Below, one piece after another: positions 56,168-64,000 of a stretch of 64,000 nt of DNA. Both the position numbers and the translations under genes were made by a program. This stretch comes from Polyangiaceae bacterium. Its GTDB lineage: Bacteria; Myxococcota_A; Polyangia; Polyangiales; Polyangiaceae. How positions within the stretch are numbered: position 1 is the first letter of the stretch; the number at the start of each line of letters is the position of its first letter. Below the pieces are notes generated by a model that saw only the letters and a program-made list of their open reading frames with translations, was not told where the DNA came from and searched no databases. The stretch is taken from contig CBDCTZ010000005.1 of NCBI GenBank assembly GCA_965222375.1, positions 320,001 through 384,000 on the forward strand, given 5' to 3'.

Positions 56168-57427
56168 ATGGGCGGGCTCTTGATCATCAACGCGGCGGAG
56201 GTCGTCACTGTTGCAGGTCGGTCCAACGCGCCTGGCCGAGGAGCGCAACAGAGCAACCTCGGGATCCTACACGACGCCGCCATCTTCGTGCGAGATGGTC
56301 TGATCGTGGCCGTGGGCGCGAGCGAGCGGCTGCGGCGCGAACACCGACTGGACGCGGAGCAAACCATAGATGCGGCGGGCGGCGTCGTGCTGCCGGGGTT
56401 CGTAGACCCCCACACCCACATGGTGTTCGCCGGTGACCGCGCCGACGAGTGGGAGCAGCGCATGCAGGGCGCTGAGTACCTCGATATCCTGCGCGCTGGC
56501 GGCGGGATTCTGAGCACCGTCAAGAAGACTCGCTCGGCATCCGCCGAGGCACTACTGGCTGCGGCGACGCGCTGGACAAAGGCAGCCCTGGCGTTCGGGA
56601 CCACGACCCTGGAGATCAAGAGCGGTTACTGCCTGGATCGAGACGGGGAGCTCAAACTCCTACAGGTGGCTGGCCGCCTTCAAGAGCGGTTGCCGTTGAA
56701 TATCGTTCGGACCTTTTTGGGGGCGCACGTCGTGCCGCCCGAGTTCAAGAACAACCGCGCTGGCTACCTGGAGCTGGTGCTTGAAGTCGCACAGGAGATC
56801 CGCGATGCCGACCTCGCGGAGTTCTTCGACGTATTCTGCGAAAAAGAAGCATTCACGTTGGAGGAGACCGAGCTGTTGTGTCGGAAAGCCAAGGGCATGG
56901 GCTACGGCATCAAGTTGCACGCCGAGCAATTCTCCGATGCCGGGGCGACTCAGCTGGGAGTCCGCCTCGGTGCGATCAGCGTCGATCACCTGGAGCAGGT
57001 CAACGACGCAACCATTGCCGCCCTTGCCAACGCGAGCCCAGCGCCCATTGCAGTTCTGTTGCCAGCGGTCGCCTTCCATCTGGCGCTCGACGGCTACGCG
57101 CCGGGACGCAAACTCGTCGACGCGGGGATCCCGGTCGCCTTGGCAACGGACATGAATCCCGGATCATCCTTCACGCCGTCCATGCCCATGGCGATTGCCA
57201 TCGCCTGCCGCACTCAGGGCCTGACCGTTGCTGAGGCCCTCGTCGGCGCGACCATCAACGCTGCGCACGCGATCGGTCGCCAGGCCAGCGTCGGCTCTTT
57301 GGAACCCGGGAAGCGTGCGGACATCATCGTCTGCGATGTGCCCGAGTACCGCTTCCTCGGCTACTCGTTTGGTGCCAACCCGGTGCGCGCCGTCATCACC
57401 GCAGGAAAAGTCGCCTGCGAAAACTGA
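56168..57427 (+). CDS. hutI: Imidazolonepropionase
   Basis: PGFVDPHTH, GGGILSTV, EIKSGY, FLGAH, DVFCE, HAEQ, DHLE, ATDMNPGSS. SD GGAGG upstream. Confidence 0.95.
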   Translation: MGGLLIINAAEVVTVAGRSNAPGRGAQQSNLGILHDAAIFVRDGLIVAVGASERLRREHRLDAEQTIDAAGGVVLPGFVDPHTHMVFAGDRADEWEQRMQGAEYLDILRAGGGILSTVKKTRSASAEALLAAATRWTKAALAFGTTTLEIKSGYCLDRDGELKLLQVAGRLQERLPLNIVRTFLGAHVVPPEFKNNRAGYLELVLEVAQEIRDADLAEFFDVFCEKEAFTLEETELLCRKAKGMGYGIKLHAEQFSDAGATQLGVRLGAISVDHLEQVNDATIAALANASPAPIAVLLPAVAFHLALDGYAPGRKLVDAGIPVALATDMNPGSSFTPSMPMAIAIACRTQGLTVAEALVGATINAAHAIGRQASVGSLEPGKRADIIVCDVPEYRFLGYSFGANPVRAVITAGKVACEN

Positions 57428-57491
57428 CCTCGGACATCGAGCGCAGGGTTGGCACTTGTCAACCCCCGGTGCCGGCCTGATGCTGCCGAGC

Positions 57492-58451
57492 ATGGGACGC
57501 ATGGTCGACGGTGAGTGGACAACGGAATGGTATCGCCCGGATGCGAAGGGGCGCTTCGTTCGGGACGACACTCAATTCCGGGGGCGGGTCGAGAGCGGGT
57601 CAGATTCAACCTTCGGCGTCGAAGCCGGGCGCTACCACCTCTACGTCGCACACGCTTGCCCCTGGGCCCATCGCACCCTGATGGGGCGAGCCCTTTACGG
57701 GCTGGAATCTGCAATCAGCGTTTCCGTGGTTCACCCGGAAATGGGTGACGACGGTTGGACGTTCCAATCCGGCGATGGGGGTACCGGCGACGCACTTTTC
57801 GGGTTGAAGTTTCTGCGCGAAATCTATTCCCGGGCGCGAAGTGACTATACGGGCCGCGTCACGGTCCCTGTGCTCTGGGACAAGCAAACGGGCACCATCG
57901 TCAACAACGAGTCCCGGGAGATTCTGCGCATGATGAGTCAGCATCTTCGCAGCTTGGGCTCCTCGAGCGTCCACCTGCGCCCCAAGGGCAAAGAAGGCGA
58001 AATCGATGCGACCATCGATGCCATCTACCAGCCGATCAACAACGGTGTGTACCGCTCAGGCTTTGCCACCACCCAATCCGCATACGAAGAAGCGGTGAAG
58101 GACCTCTTCGACGCTTTAGAGCACTACGACCAGCAGCTTTCCAGACGACGCTACCTATTGGGAAACGATCTAACGGAAGCAGATTTGTGCCTCTTCTCCA
58201 CGCTGCTGCGTTTCGATCCCGTCTACCACTATCACTTCAAGTGCAACCTCAAGCGTCTGCGGGATTTCGACAACCTCTGGGGATTCACCCTCGAGCTCGC
58301 CCAGAACTTGGCGATCAAGCAGACCATCTTCATCGACTACATCAAGCAGCACTACTTTCGCAGCCACCCCAGCGTCAACCCAACTCGGGTCGTGCCCCTC
58401 GGGCCCAACATCAACTGGGACGCACCGCATGGGCGGCAGCGCTTGGTGTAA
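57492..58451 (+). CDS. yqjG: Glutathionyl-hydroquinone reductase (YqjG/ECM4-like GST)
   Basis: RYHLYV..ACPWAHR, TVPVLWDK, IVNNES, NNGVYRSGFA, FKCN, IKQHYFRSH..NP. Confidence 0.9.
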   Translation: MGRMVDGEWTTEWYRPDAKGRFVRDDTQFRGRVESGSDSTFGVEAGRYHLYVAHACPWAHRTLMGRALYGLESAISVSVVHPEMGDDGWTFQSGDGGTGDALFGLKFLREIYSRARSDYTGRVTVPVLWDKQTGTIVNNESREILRMMSQHLRSLGSSSVHLRPKGKEGEIDATIDAIYQPINNGVYRSGFATTQSAYEEAVKDLFDALEHYDQQLSRRRYLLGNDLTEADLCLFSTLLRFDPVYHYHFKCNLKRLRDFDNLWGFTLELAQNLAIKQTIFIDYIKQHYFRSHPSVNPTRVVPLGPNINWDAPHGRQRLV

Positions 58452-58690
58452 GCTGCCCGCATGGTCCGGATCCGTTTGTTGGGCTTCGAGCGTCAGCTAG
58501 CACGAGGAGTTTTCGAAACGATTCTGCCGTCCGGACGCAGCACGCAGCTGCCGGAGTTAGCGCACCACACGGCCATTGCCTGGCTCTTGGCCGAAGACCT
58601 GACGGATTTCGTGCACGCGCGACGCCGGACGATGCGCACCATGCGTCCTCCCGCGAGCACGGCTACCGATGTTCCGCTAGGGTGACGGCC

Positions 58691-60025
58691 ATGCGGACGA
58701 CCGCCTGCTTGGCTCTGTCAGTCTTCCTCTTAGCCTCTGGTGCAAGCGCCAATGGTCGCTTCCCACTGGCCCAGCAATTGGTGGAGTCGCCGCAGGACCC
58801 GAATCGGCTGGTGCTGCGAGCAACCTTCGGCCTCGTGATCTCTCCAGATGCGGGCAAGAGCTGGCGCTGGGTGTGTGAGCAATCCGTCGGATATAGCGGC
58901 ATCGAAGATCCGGCCATTGGGGTGACCAAGGGCGGCGCCCTGGTCGCTGGTATCTTCGATGGGCTTCGCCGCTCGGACAACGGCGGCTGCGATTTCACGT
59001 TTCCGTCGCCCCAGCTCGAGGGGCGATACGCAGTCGACATTACCGTCGACAAGAAGGACCCGACTCGAGTCTACGTCCTCGCGTCAACCGGAAAGGGCGG
59101 CGGGAAGTTCGAGACTATCCTGTTTCGATCTACGGATGAAGGCACCACCTTCACCCAGCTGGGTTCAGCGCTACCGGACAGCTTCTTGGGGCTGACTCTG
59201 GACCCGGCACCCACGGATCCGACTCGCCACTATGTCTCGGGGCTCGGAGACAACAGCCTGGGAGTGCTCTACGTATCCGACGACAACGGCCAGAATTGGA
59301 CCCTGCACAATGTTCCCGGGACCGACGTGCAGAAGTCGCCCTTCATCGGAGCCGTCAGCCCAACGGATCCCCTGACCGTCTACATTCGGGTCACCGGTAC
59401 GGATACCAACCGTCTTTTGATCACCAAGGACGGGGGCCAAAGCTTTCAGGAGCTCTTCGCGGGCAATGGACGCATGCTCGGCTTCGCCCTCTCCCCGAGT
59501 GGGGACGAAGTAGTGTTCGGCTATGGCGACCCGAAGGGCGACGCCACCGTCGACGAAAACACGCTCGGACTCTGGCACGCGAAGACCGCCGACCACGTCT
59601 TCACCCGCGTCCACAAGGGCCCGGTGAATTGCCTCACCTGGGCGACTCAGGGGCTATATGTTTGTGGCTCCCAGTTCGACCAGGGCTTCGAGCTGGGACT
59701 GATCAAGGACCCCCAGCTCGCAACGGGCGCCCCGCAATTCACCGAGCTATTCCAACTCAAGGACGTGGAGGGGCCGCTCGATTGTCCGGCATCCTCCGGG
59801 ACGAACACCTTCTGCGAGGGTGCTTGGCCCGCACTCTGTGAATTCCTTGGGCGCTGCGCGGATTCCGGAACCCCTGACGGCGGAGGGGCAGATTCTGGGA
59901 CCTCACCCGCCCCCGCCAAGGACTCGAGCGATTGTGGCTGCCGCGCTGCCGGCTCCGGCGGTGACGGCCCCTGGTGGATGTGCGCGATCCCATTCATGTT
60001 TTTGGCGTGGCGGCGCCGGCAATAA
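58691..60025 (+). CDS. BNR-repeat beta-propeller surface protein with a MYXO-CTERM-like tail
   Basis: Signal peptide ASA-NGRFP; SxDxGxxW/F BNR repeats; C-terminal DCGCRAAG-hydrophobic-WRRRQ. Confidence 0.85.
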   Translation: MRTTACLALSVFLLASGASANGRFPLAQQLVESPQDPNRLVLRATFGLVISPDAGKSWRWVCEQSVGYSGIEDPAIGVTKGGALVAGIFDGLRRSDNGGCDFTFPSPQLEGRYAVDITVDKKDPTRVYVLASTGKGGGKFETILFRSTDEGTTFTQLGSALPDSFLGLTLDPAPTDPTRHYVSGLGDNSLGVLYVSDDNGQNWTLHNVPGTDVQKSPFIGAVSPTDPLTVYIRVTGTDTNRLLITKDGGQSFQELFAGNGRMLGFALSPSGDEVVFGYGDPKGDATVDENTLGLWHAKTADHVFTRVHKGPVNCLTWATQGLYVCGSQFDQGFELGLIKDPQLATGAPQFTELFQLKDVEGPLDCPASSGTNTFCEGAWPALCEFLGRCADSGTPDGGGADSGTSPAPAKDSSDCGCRAAGSGGDGPWWMCAIPFMFLAWRRRQ

Positions 60026-60071
60026 AGCTGACGCCAGTATCGTCTCCGGACCGTGGTATCAGGGCCTGGGC

Positions 60072-61388
60072 ATGACGGATCCCGAGACGCTCGTAGTGCG
60101 AGGAGGCCGGGTGGTCGACCCGTCCACGGATCGCGACGCCATTGCCGACGTGGTCGTCGAACGGGGTCGCATCGTCCGCGTGGGCAAGGACGCCGCCCGA
60201 CAACTTGTTGGCTCAGAGCGAGTGACGGTCATTGAAGCAGCGGGACACTGGGTGTTGCCTGCCTTCGTCGATCTGCACGCTCACCTGCGGGAACCCGGCC
60301 AGGAATACAAAGAGGACATTCAAAGTGGTCTTGCGGCAGCCGCGAGTGGTGGTTTTGCACACGTCTGCGTCATGCCCAATACCAAGCCGGTCAACGACAC
60401 CCGCTCCGTAACGGAGTTGATGCTGGCACGCGCCAAAGAAGTCGGCGGGCCAAGTCTGCATCCCATCGGTGCCATCACCCTCGGGCAGAAAGGTCGAGAT
60501 CTCACGGAGATGGCAGAACTCCGCGAAGCCGGCGCCATCGGCGTGAGTGACGACGGCGTCTGCGTCATGAATAGCGCGGTGATGCGGCGTGCGCTCGAGT
60601 ACGCCAAGACCTTCGATCTGGTCGTCATCCAACACGCTGAGGATCACGATCTGACTCAGGGCGCTCAGATGAACGAGGGCAAGACCAGCTCCCAGCTCGG
60701 ACTGCGGGGTTGGCCCAGGGTTGCCGAAGACATCATCGTGGCCCGAGACATCCTCCTCGCCGAGTACGTGCAGGCCCGCTACCACGTCGCGCACCTGTCC
60801 ACCCAGGGTTCGGCGCGAATCGTGACGGAGGGCAAAAGCCGCGGAGTTGACGTCACCGCAGAAGTGACGCCTCACCATCTGCTCCTCACCGACTCCGCAG
60901 TTCTCGGCTACAACACCGCCTGCAAGGTCAACCCTCCGCTACGCGAAGCCGAGGACGTGGCCGCGCTGCGCAGAGCCCTCGCCAACGGCACCATCGACGC
61001 CATCGCTACGGATCACGCGCCGCATACCGGCCTGGAGAAGGACTGCGAATTCCAGGAGGCTTCCCCGGGCATGGTTGGGCTCCAACTGTGCTTCGGTGCA
61101 CTGCTCTCCCTCGTCGGCAAGGATGGATTGACCCTGTCGAGGTTGGTCGACGCGCTGTCAGCGGCCCCCGCGCGGATCGCTGGGCTGGAAGCGCCCCGCC
61201 TCAAGGAGGGCTGTAGCGCTGAGCTCGTGGTGGTGGATCCCGAAGCACGCTGGACACCGCAACAGCGCGCCCTAGCGGGCAAGAGCCACAACAGCCCATT
61301 GATGGATCGAGAGATGCACGGCCGGGTTCTACTCACCTTGGCCGGGGGCAAGATCGCGTTCGAGCAACCCAGTGGAGAGGCTCGATGA
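60072..61388 (+). CDS. pyrC: Dihydroorotase (type I)
   Basis: DLHAHLREPG, MPNT.P, EVTPHHL, KVNPPLR, ATDHAPH. Confidence 0.95.
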   Translation: MTDPETLVVRGGRVVDPSTDRDAIADVVVERGRIVRVGKDAARQLVGSERVTVIEAAGHWVLPAFVDLHAHLREPGQEYKEDIQSGLAAAASGGFAHVCVMPNTKPVNDTRSVTELMLARAKEVGGPSLHPIGAITLGQKGRDLTEMAELREAGAIGVSDDGVCVMNSAVMRRALEYAKTFDLVVIQHAEDHDLTQGAQMNEGKTSSQLGLRGWPRVAEDIIVARDILLAEYVQARYHVAHLSTQGSARIVTEGKSRGVDVTAEVTPHHLLLTDSAVLGYNTACKVNPPLREAEDVAALRRALANGTIDAIATDHAPHTGLEKDCEFQEASPGMVGLQLCFGALLSLVGKDGLTLSRLVDALSAAPARIAGLEAPRLKEGCSAELVVVDPEARWTPQQRALAGKSHNSPLMDREMHGRVLLTLAGGKIAFEQPSGEAR

Positions 61389-62518
61389 GTGGCCGCGGCA
61401 AAGCACGCCTCGCCCTAGCTGACGGTACGATATTCGAGGGCTTTTCCTTCGGTGCGGACGGCACGGCGGACGGGGAAGTGGTCTTCACGACCGGCATGAC
61501 CGGCTACCAAGAAGTGCTGACAGATCCCAGCTACTGCGGGCAGATCGTCACGATGACTGCGCCCCAGATCGGCAATACCGGGATCAATTCCGACGACCAC
61601 GAAGGTCGCGACGAGCGGCCAGCCGTCGCTGGCTTCGTCATGCGAGATCCCAGTCTGTCGACTAGCAACTGGCGATCCGAGACCAGCCTCGAGCAGTATT
61701 TGAACCGAAACAACATCGTGGCCATTGGCGGGATCGATACCCGCTCACTGACTTGCCACCTTCGGGACAAGGGCGCCCAAAACGGCTGCATCGGAACCGA
61801 CGCAAAGGATACCTTGGTGGATCGCGCGCGAGCGCTGCCGAGCATGGAAGGCCAAGACCTGGTTCAACGGGTCACGCCGTCGGCGGCGTATTCCTTCATG
61901 GAGTCGACCGGCGCTTGGGCGGCGGACGCGGCGGCGAACAACCAAGATCGCAATCGCCTCAAGATCGTAGCCCTGGATTTCGGCGCCAAGCGCAACATTC
62001 TGCGCTGTCTGGTGGACGCAGGGTTCGAGGTGCAAGTGTTGCCCGCCACCGTCAGCGCAGACAAGATCCTGGCTCTCGATCCGAAGGGGATCTTCCTATC
62101 CAACGGTCCCGGCGATCCCGCGGTCGTGACCTACGCCATCGAAACCATTCGCAGTCTCCTGGGCAAGCGTCCCATCTTCGGGATCTGCCTTGGACACCAA
62201 TTGCTAAGCCTCGCTCTTGGCGCCGATACCTACAAACTGAAGTTTGGCCACCGAGGGCTGAACCAACCCGTTCAGAATTTGGAGACACGCCGGGTGGAAA
62301 TCACGAGCCAGAACCACGGCTTCGTGGTCGACGTGGACAGCTTGGGTGGACGTGCCAAAACCACCTACTTGCACTTGAACGACGGCACCAGTGAAGGGAT
62401 CGAAGTCGCGGACGCCGACGCCTTCAGCGTGCAGTTTCACCCGGAGGCGGCGGCCGGGCCTCACGATACGCTGCACCTCTTCGAGCGCTTTCGCCGATTG
62501 GTGGAAGCCCGAGCCTAG
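61385..62518 (+). CDS. carA: Carbamoyl-phosphate synthase small subunit
   Basis: GEVVFTTGMTGYQEVLTDPSY, SNGPGDP, GICLGHQ, SQNHGF, QFHPEA. Confidence 0.97.
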   Translation: MSGRGKARLALADGTIFEGFSFGADGTADGEVVFTTGMTGYQEVLTDPSYCGQIVTMTAPQIGNTGINSDDHEGRDERPAVAGFVMRDPSLSTSNWRSETSLEQYLNRNNIVAIGGIDTRSLTCHLRDKGAQNGCIGTDAKDTLVDRARALPSMEGQDLVQRVTPSAAYSFMESTGAWAADAAANNQDRNRLKIVALDFGAKRNILRCLVDAGFEVQVLPATVSADKILALDPKGIFLSNGPGDPAVVTYAIETIRSLLGKRPIFGICLGHQLLSLALGADTYKLKFGHRGLNQPVQNLETRRVEITSQNHGFVVDVDSLGGRAKTTYLHLNDGTSEGIEVADADAFSVQFHPEAAAGPHDTLHLFERFRRLVEARA

Positions 62519-62559
62519 TTGGGTTGCGCCCAAGTCATCTAGATCGCAGCGTCAAGTCC

Positions 62560-63975
62560 ATGTCGAAATCCGACAAGACGGTTCACTTCGTCAGCCTGGG
62601 CTGCCCGAAGAACCGAGTGGACAGTGAGGTCATGCTCGGCGTGGCACATCGAGCGGGGTACTCCCACGTTAGCGACCCGGCGCGCGCCCACGTCATAGTG
62701 GTCAATACCTGCGGCTTCATCGACGCCGCCAAGCAGGAGAGCATCGACACGATCCTGCAACTTGCGGAAATGAAGCGCGAGGGGCAGTGCGAAAAGCTCG
62801 TGGTCGCCGGCTGCCTGAGCCAGCGCCACCCCGACGAGTTGGCCTCTGAAATGCCGGAGGTCGACAACTTTCTCGGGTCCAGCGACATGCTCAAGCTCGG
62901 CTTCGTCTTGGAAGGCTCCGCGCCGCGGATTGCCGTCGGGCAGCCTTCGGATTGGGTCGTCAGCGCGGAAGACCCCCGGGTTCTCAGCACGCGCGGGGCG
63001 AGCGCGTACGTAAAAATCGCGGAAGGCTGCAACCGAAGCTGTTCCTTCTGCGTGATCCCTGCTCTGAGGGGCAAGCAGCGCTCCCGGTCCCCTGACGACG
63101 TGGTGCGGGAGGTCGAGCATCTGGCCAGCGCCGGCGTCGTCGAGATCAACCTCGTGAGCCAGGACACCGTATCCTACGGTCGGGATCTTCCTCGAGGCAC
63201 AGATCTGATTGAACTGGTGCAGCGCGTCGCGGACGTTCCTGGCGTGCGCTGGGTTCGACTGTTCTATCTGTACCCAGAAAAGCTCGGCGATGACTTGCTC
63301 GAGCTCATGGCGCAGCACCCCCGGGTCCTGCCCTACGTGGATATGCCACTTCAGCACGCGTCCGACGCCATGCTGAAGCGCATGCGCCGCGGCCACGGCG
63401 GCAAGCCCATGCGTGAGTTGATCGACCGGATGCGCGCCCGGATACACAACTTGACCTTTCGCTCCGCTTTCATCGTTGGCCATCCGGGAGAGGGCGAAAC
63501 GGAGTTCGGCGAGCTCCTGGAGTTCATCGCTTGGGGCGAGTTCGATCACGTGGGCGCATTCCTGTACTCCGACGAGTCCACGAGCCAGAGCTACGATCAA
63601 GAGGACAAGGTTCCGCGAAAGGTCGCCCGTGCACGTGCCAATAAACTGATGAGCCTGCAGAAGAGCATCAGCAAGAAGAAGAACCTGGCAAGAGTCGGGT
63701 CTGAAATGGATGTGCTAGTGGAAGGTCCGAGCGAGGAAAGCGAATGGGTGATGGTAGGACGGCACGCCGGCCAAGCACCGGACATCGACGGCGTTGTCTA
63801 TTTGAGCGGCGACACTCGACCAGGACAGCTCCGCCGCGTTCGGATCAGCCAGGCAACCGACTACGATCTCCTAGGCGTCGTGATCGACGACGTGCCGGAG
63901 GACGCCTCCCTGCCGACGGCCGCCCCCCTCGTCTTCCACGGCAGCGACGGTCGGCGCGTATTGCGCATGGTTTAG
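62560..63975 (+). CDS. rimO: Ribosomal protein S12 methylthiotransferase
   Basis: SLGCPKNRVDSE, NTCGFI, KIAEGCNRSCSFCVIP, YLYP, APDIDG, C-terminal TRAM domain. Confidence 0.95.
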   Translation: MSKSDKTVHFVSLGCPKNRVDSEVMLGVAHRAGYSHVSDPARAHVIVVNTCGFIDAAKQESIDTILQLAEMKREGQCEKLVVAGCLSQRHPDELASEMPEVDNFLGSSDMLKLGFVLEGSAPRIAVGQPSDWVVSAEDPRVLSTRGASAYVKIAEGCNRSCSFCVIPALRGKQRSRSPDDVVREVEHLASAGVVEINLVSQDTVSYGRDLPRGTDLIELVQRVADVPGVRWVRLFYLYPEKLGDDLLELMAQHPRVLPYVDMPLQHASDAMLKRMRRGHGGKPMRELIDRMRARIHNLTFRSAFIVGHPGEGETEFGELLEFIAWGEFDHVGAFLYSDESTSQSYDQEDKVPRKVARARANKLMSLQKSISKKKNLARVGSEMDVLVEGPSEESEWVMVGRHAGQAPDIDGVVYLSGDTRPGQLRRVRISQATDYDLLGVVIDDVPEDASLPTAAPLVFHGSDGRRVLRMV

Positions 63976-64000
63976 GCGCCACCCTATCGCCCGCAAAGCT

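Noticed and set aside
58461..58685. 74-aa ORF between yqjG and the beta-propeller gene
   Set aside because: No recognisable motif or RBS, and it overlaps the likely -10 of the next gene. It could be real but cannot be supported.

Overview
GC-rich (roughly two-thirds G+C by eye) bacterial chromosome segment, most likely Myxococcota (Polyangiales-like). The assignment rests on two MYXO-CTERM proteins, an AgmC-like adhesin, many Gly/Ser- or Pro-linker lipoproteins, a giant TPR protein and a DUF1592/DUF1552 pair. There are about 48 CDSs. DNA processing: XPB-like helicase plus DUF790/Bax1-like nuclease, TatD, DinB, Lhr. Envelope: TraB-like OmpA barrel plus AgmC-like MYXO-CTERM adhesin, VWA lipoprotein, Gly-rich lipoprotein, astacin. 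Signalling: cyclase-ATPase-TPR protein and a Ser/Thr kinase. Also an OPT transporter, ArsS-like radical SAM, hutI, pyrC-carA-rimO and tRNA-Leu(CAG). Non-coding features are a 5' group II intron remnant with a visible EBS1/IBS1 pair, a perfect 43-bp tandem duplication over a gene 3' end, and a sigma54/IHF promoter. The best candidate for an undescribed system is a lipoprotein ending in a Hedgehog-like Hint domain with no C-terminal payload, next to a Cys-rich lipoprotein (14939-16146). Other candidates are the TraB-like/AgmC-like adhesion pair, a degenerate DnaB-like pseudo-ATPase, and a pattern of apparently leaderless genes. All family assignments come from motif recognition by eye, with no database searches. 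Many start codons were moved from the ORF track and are estimates.
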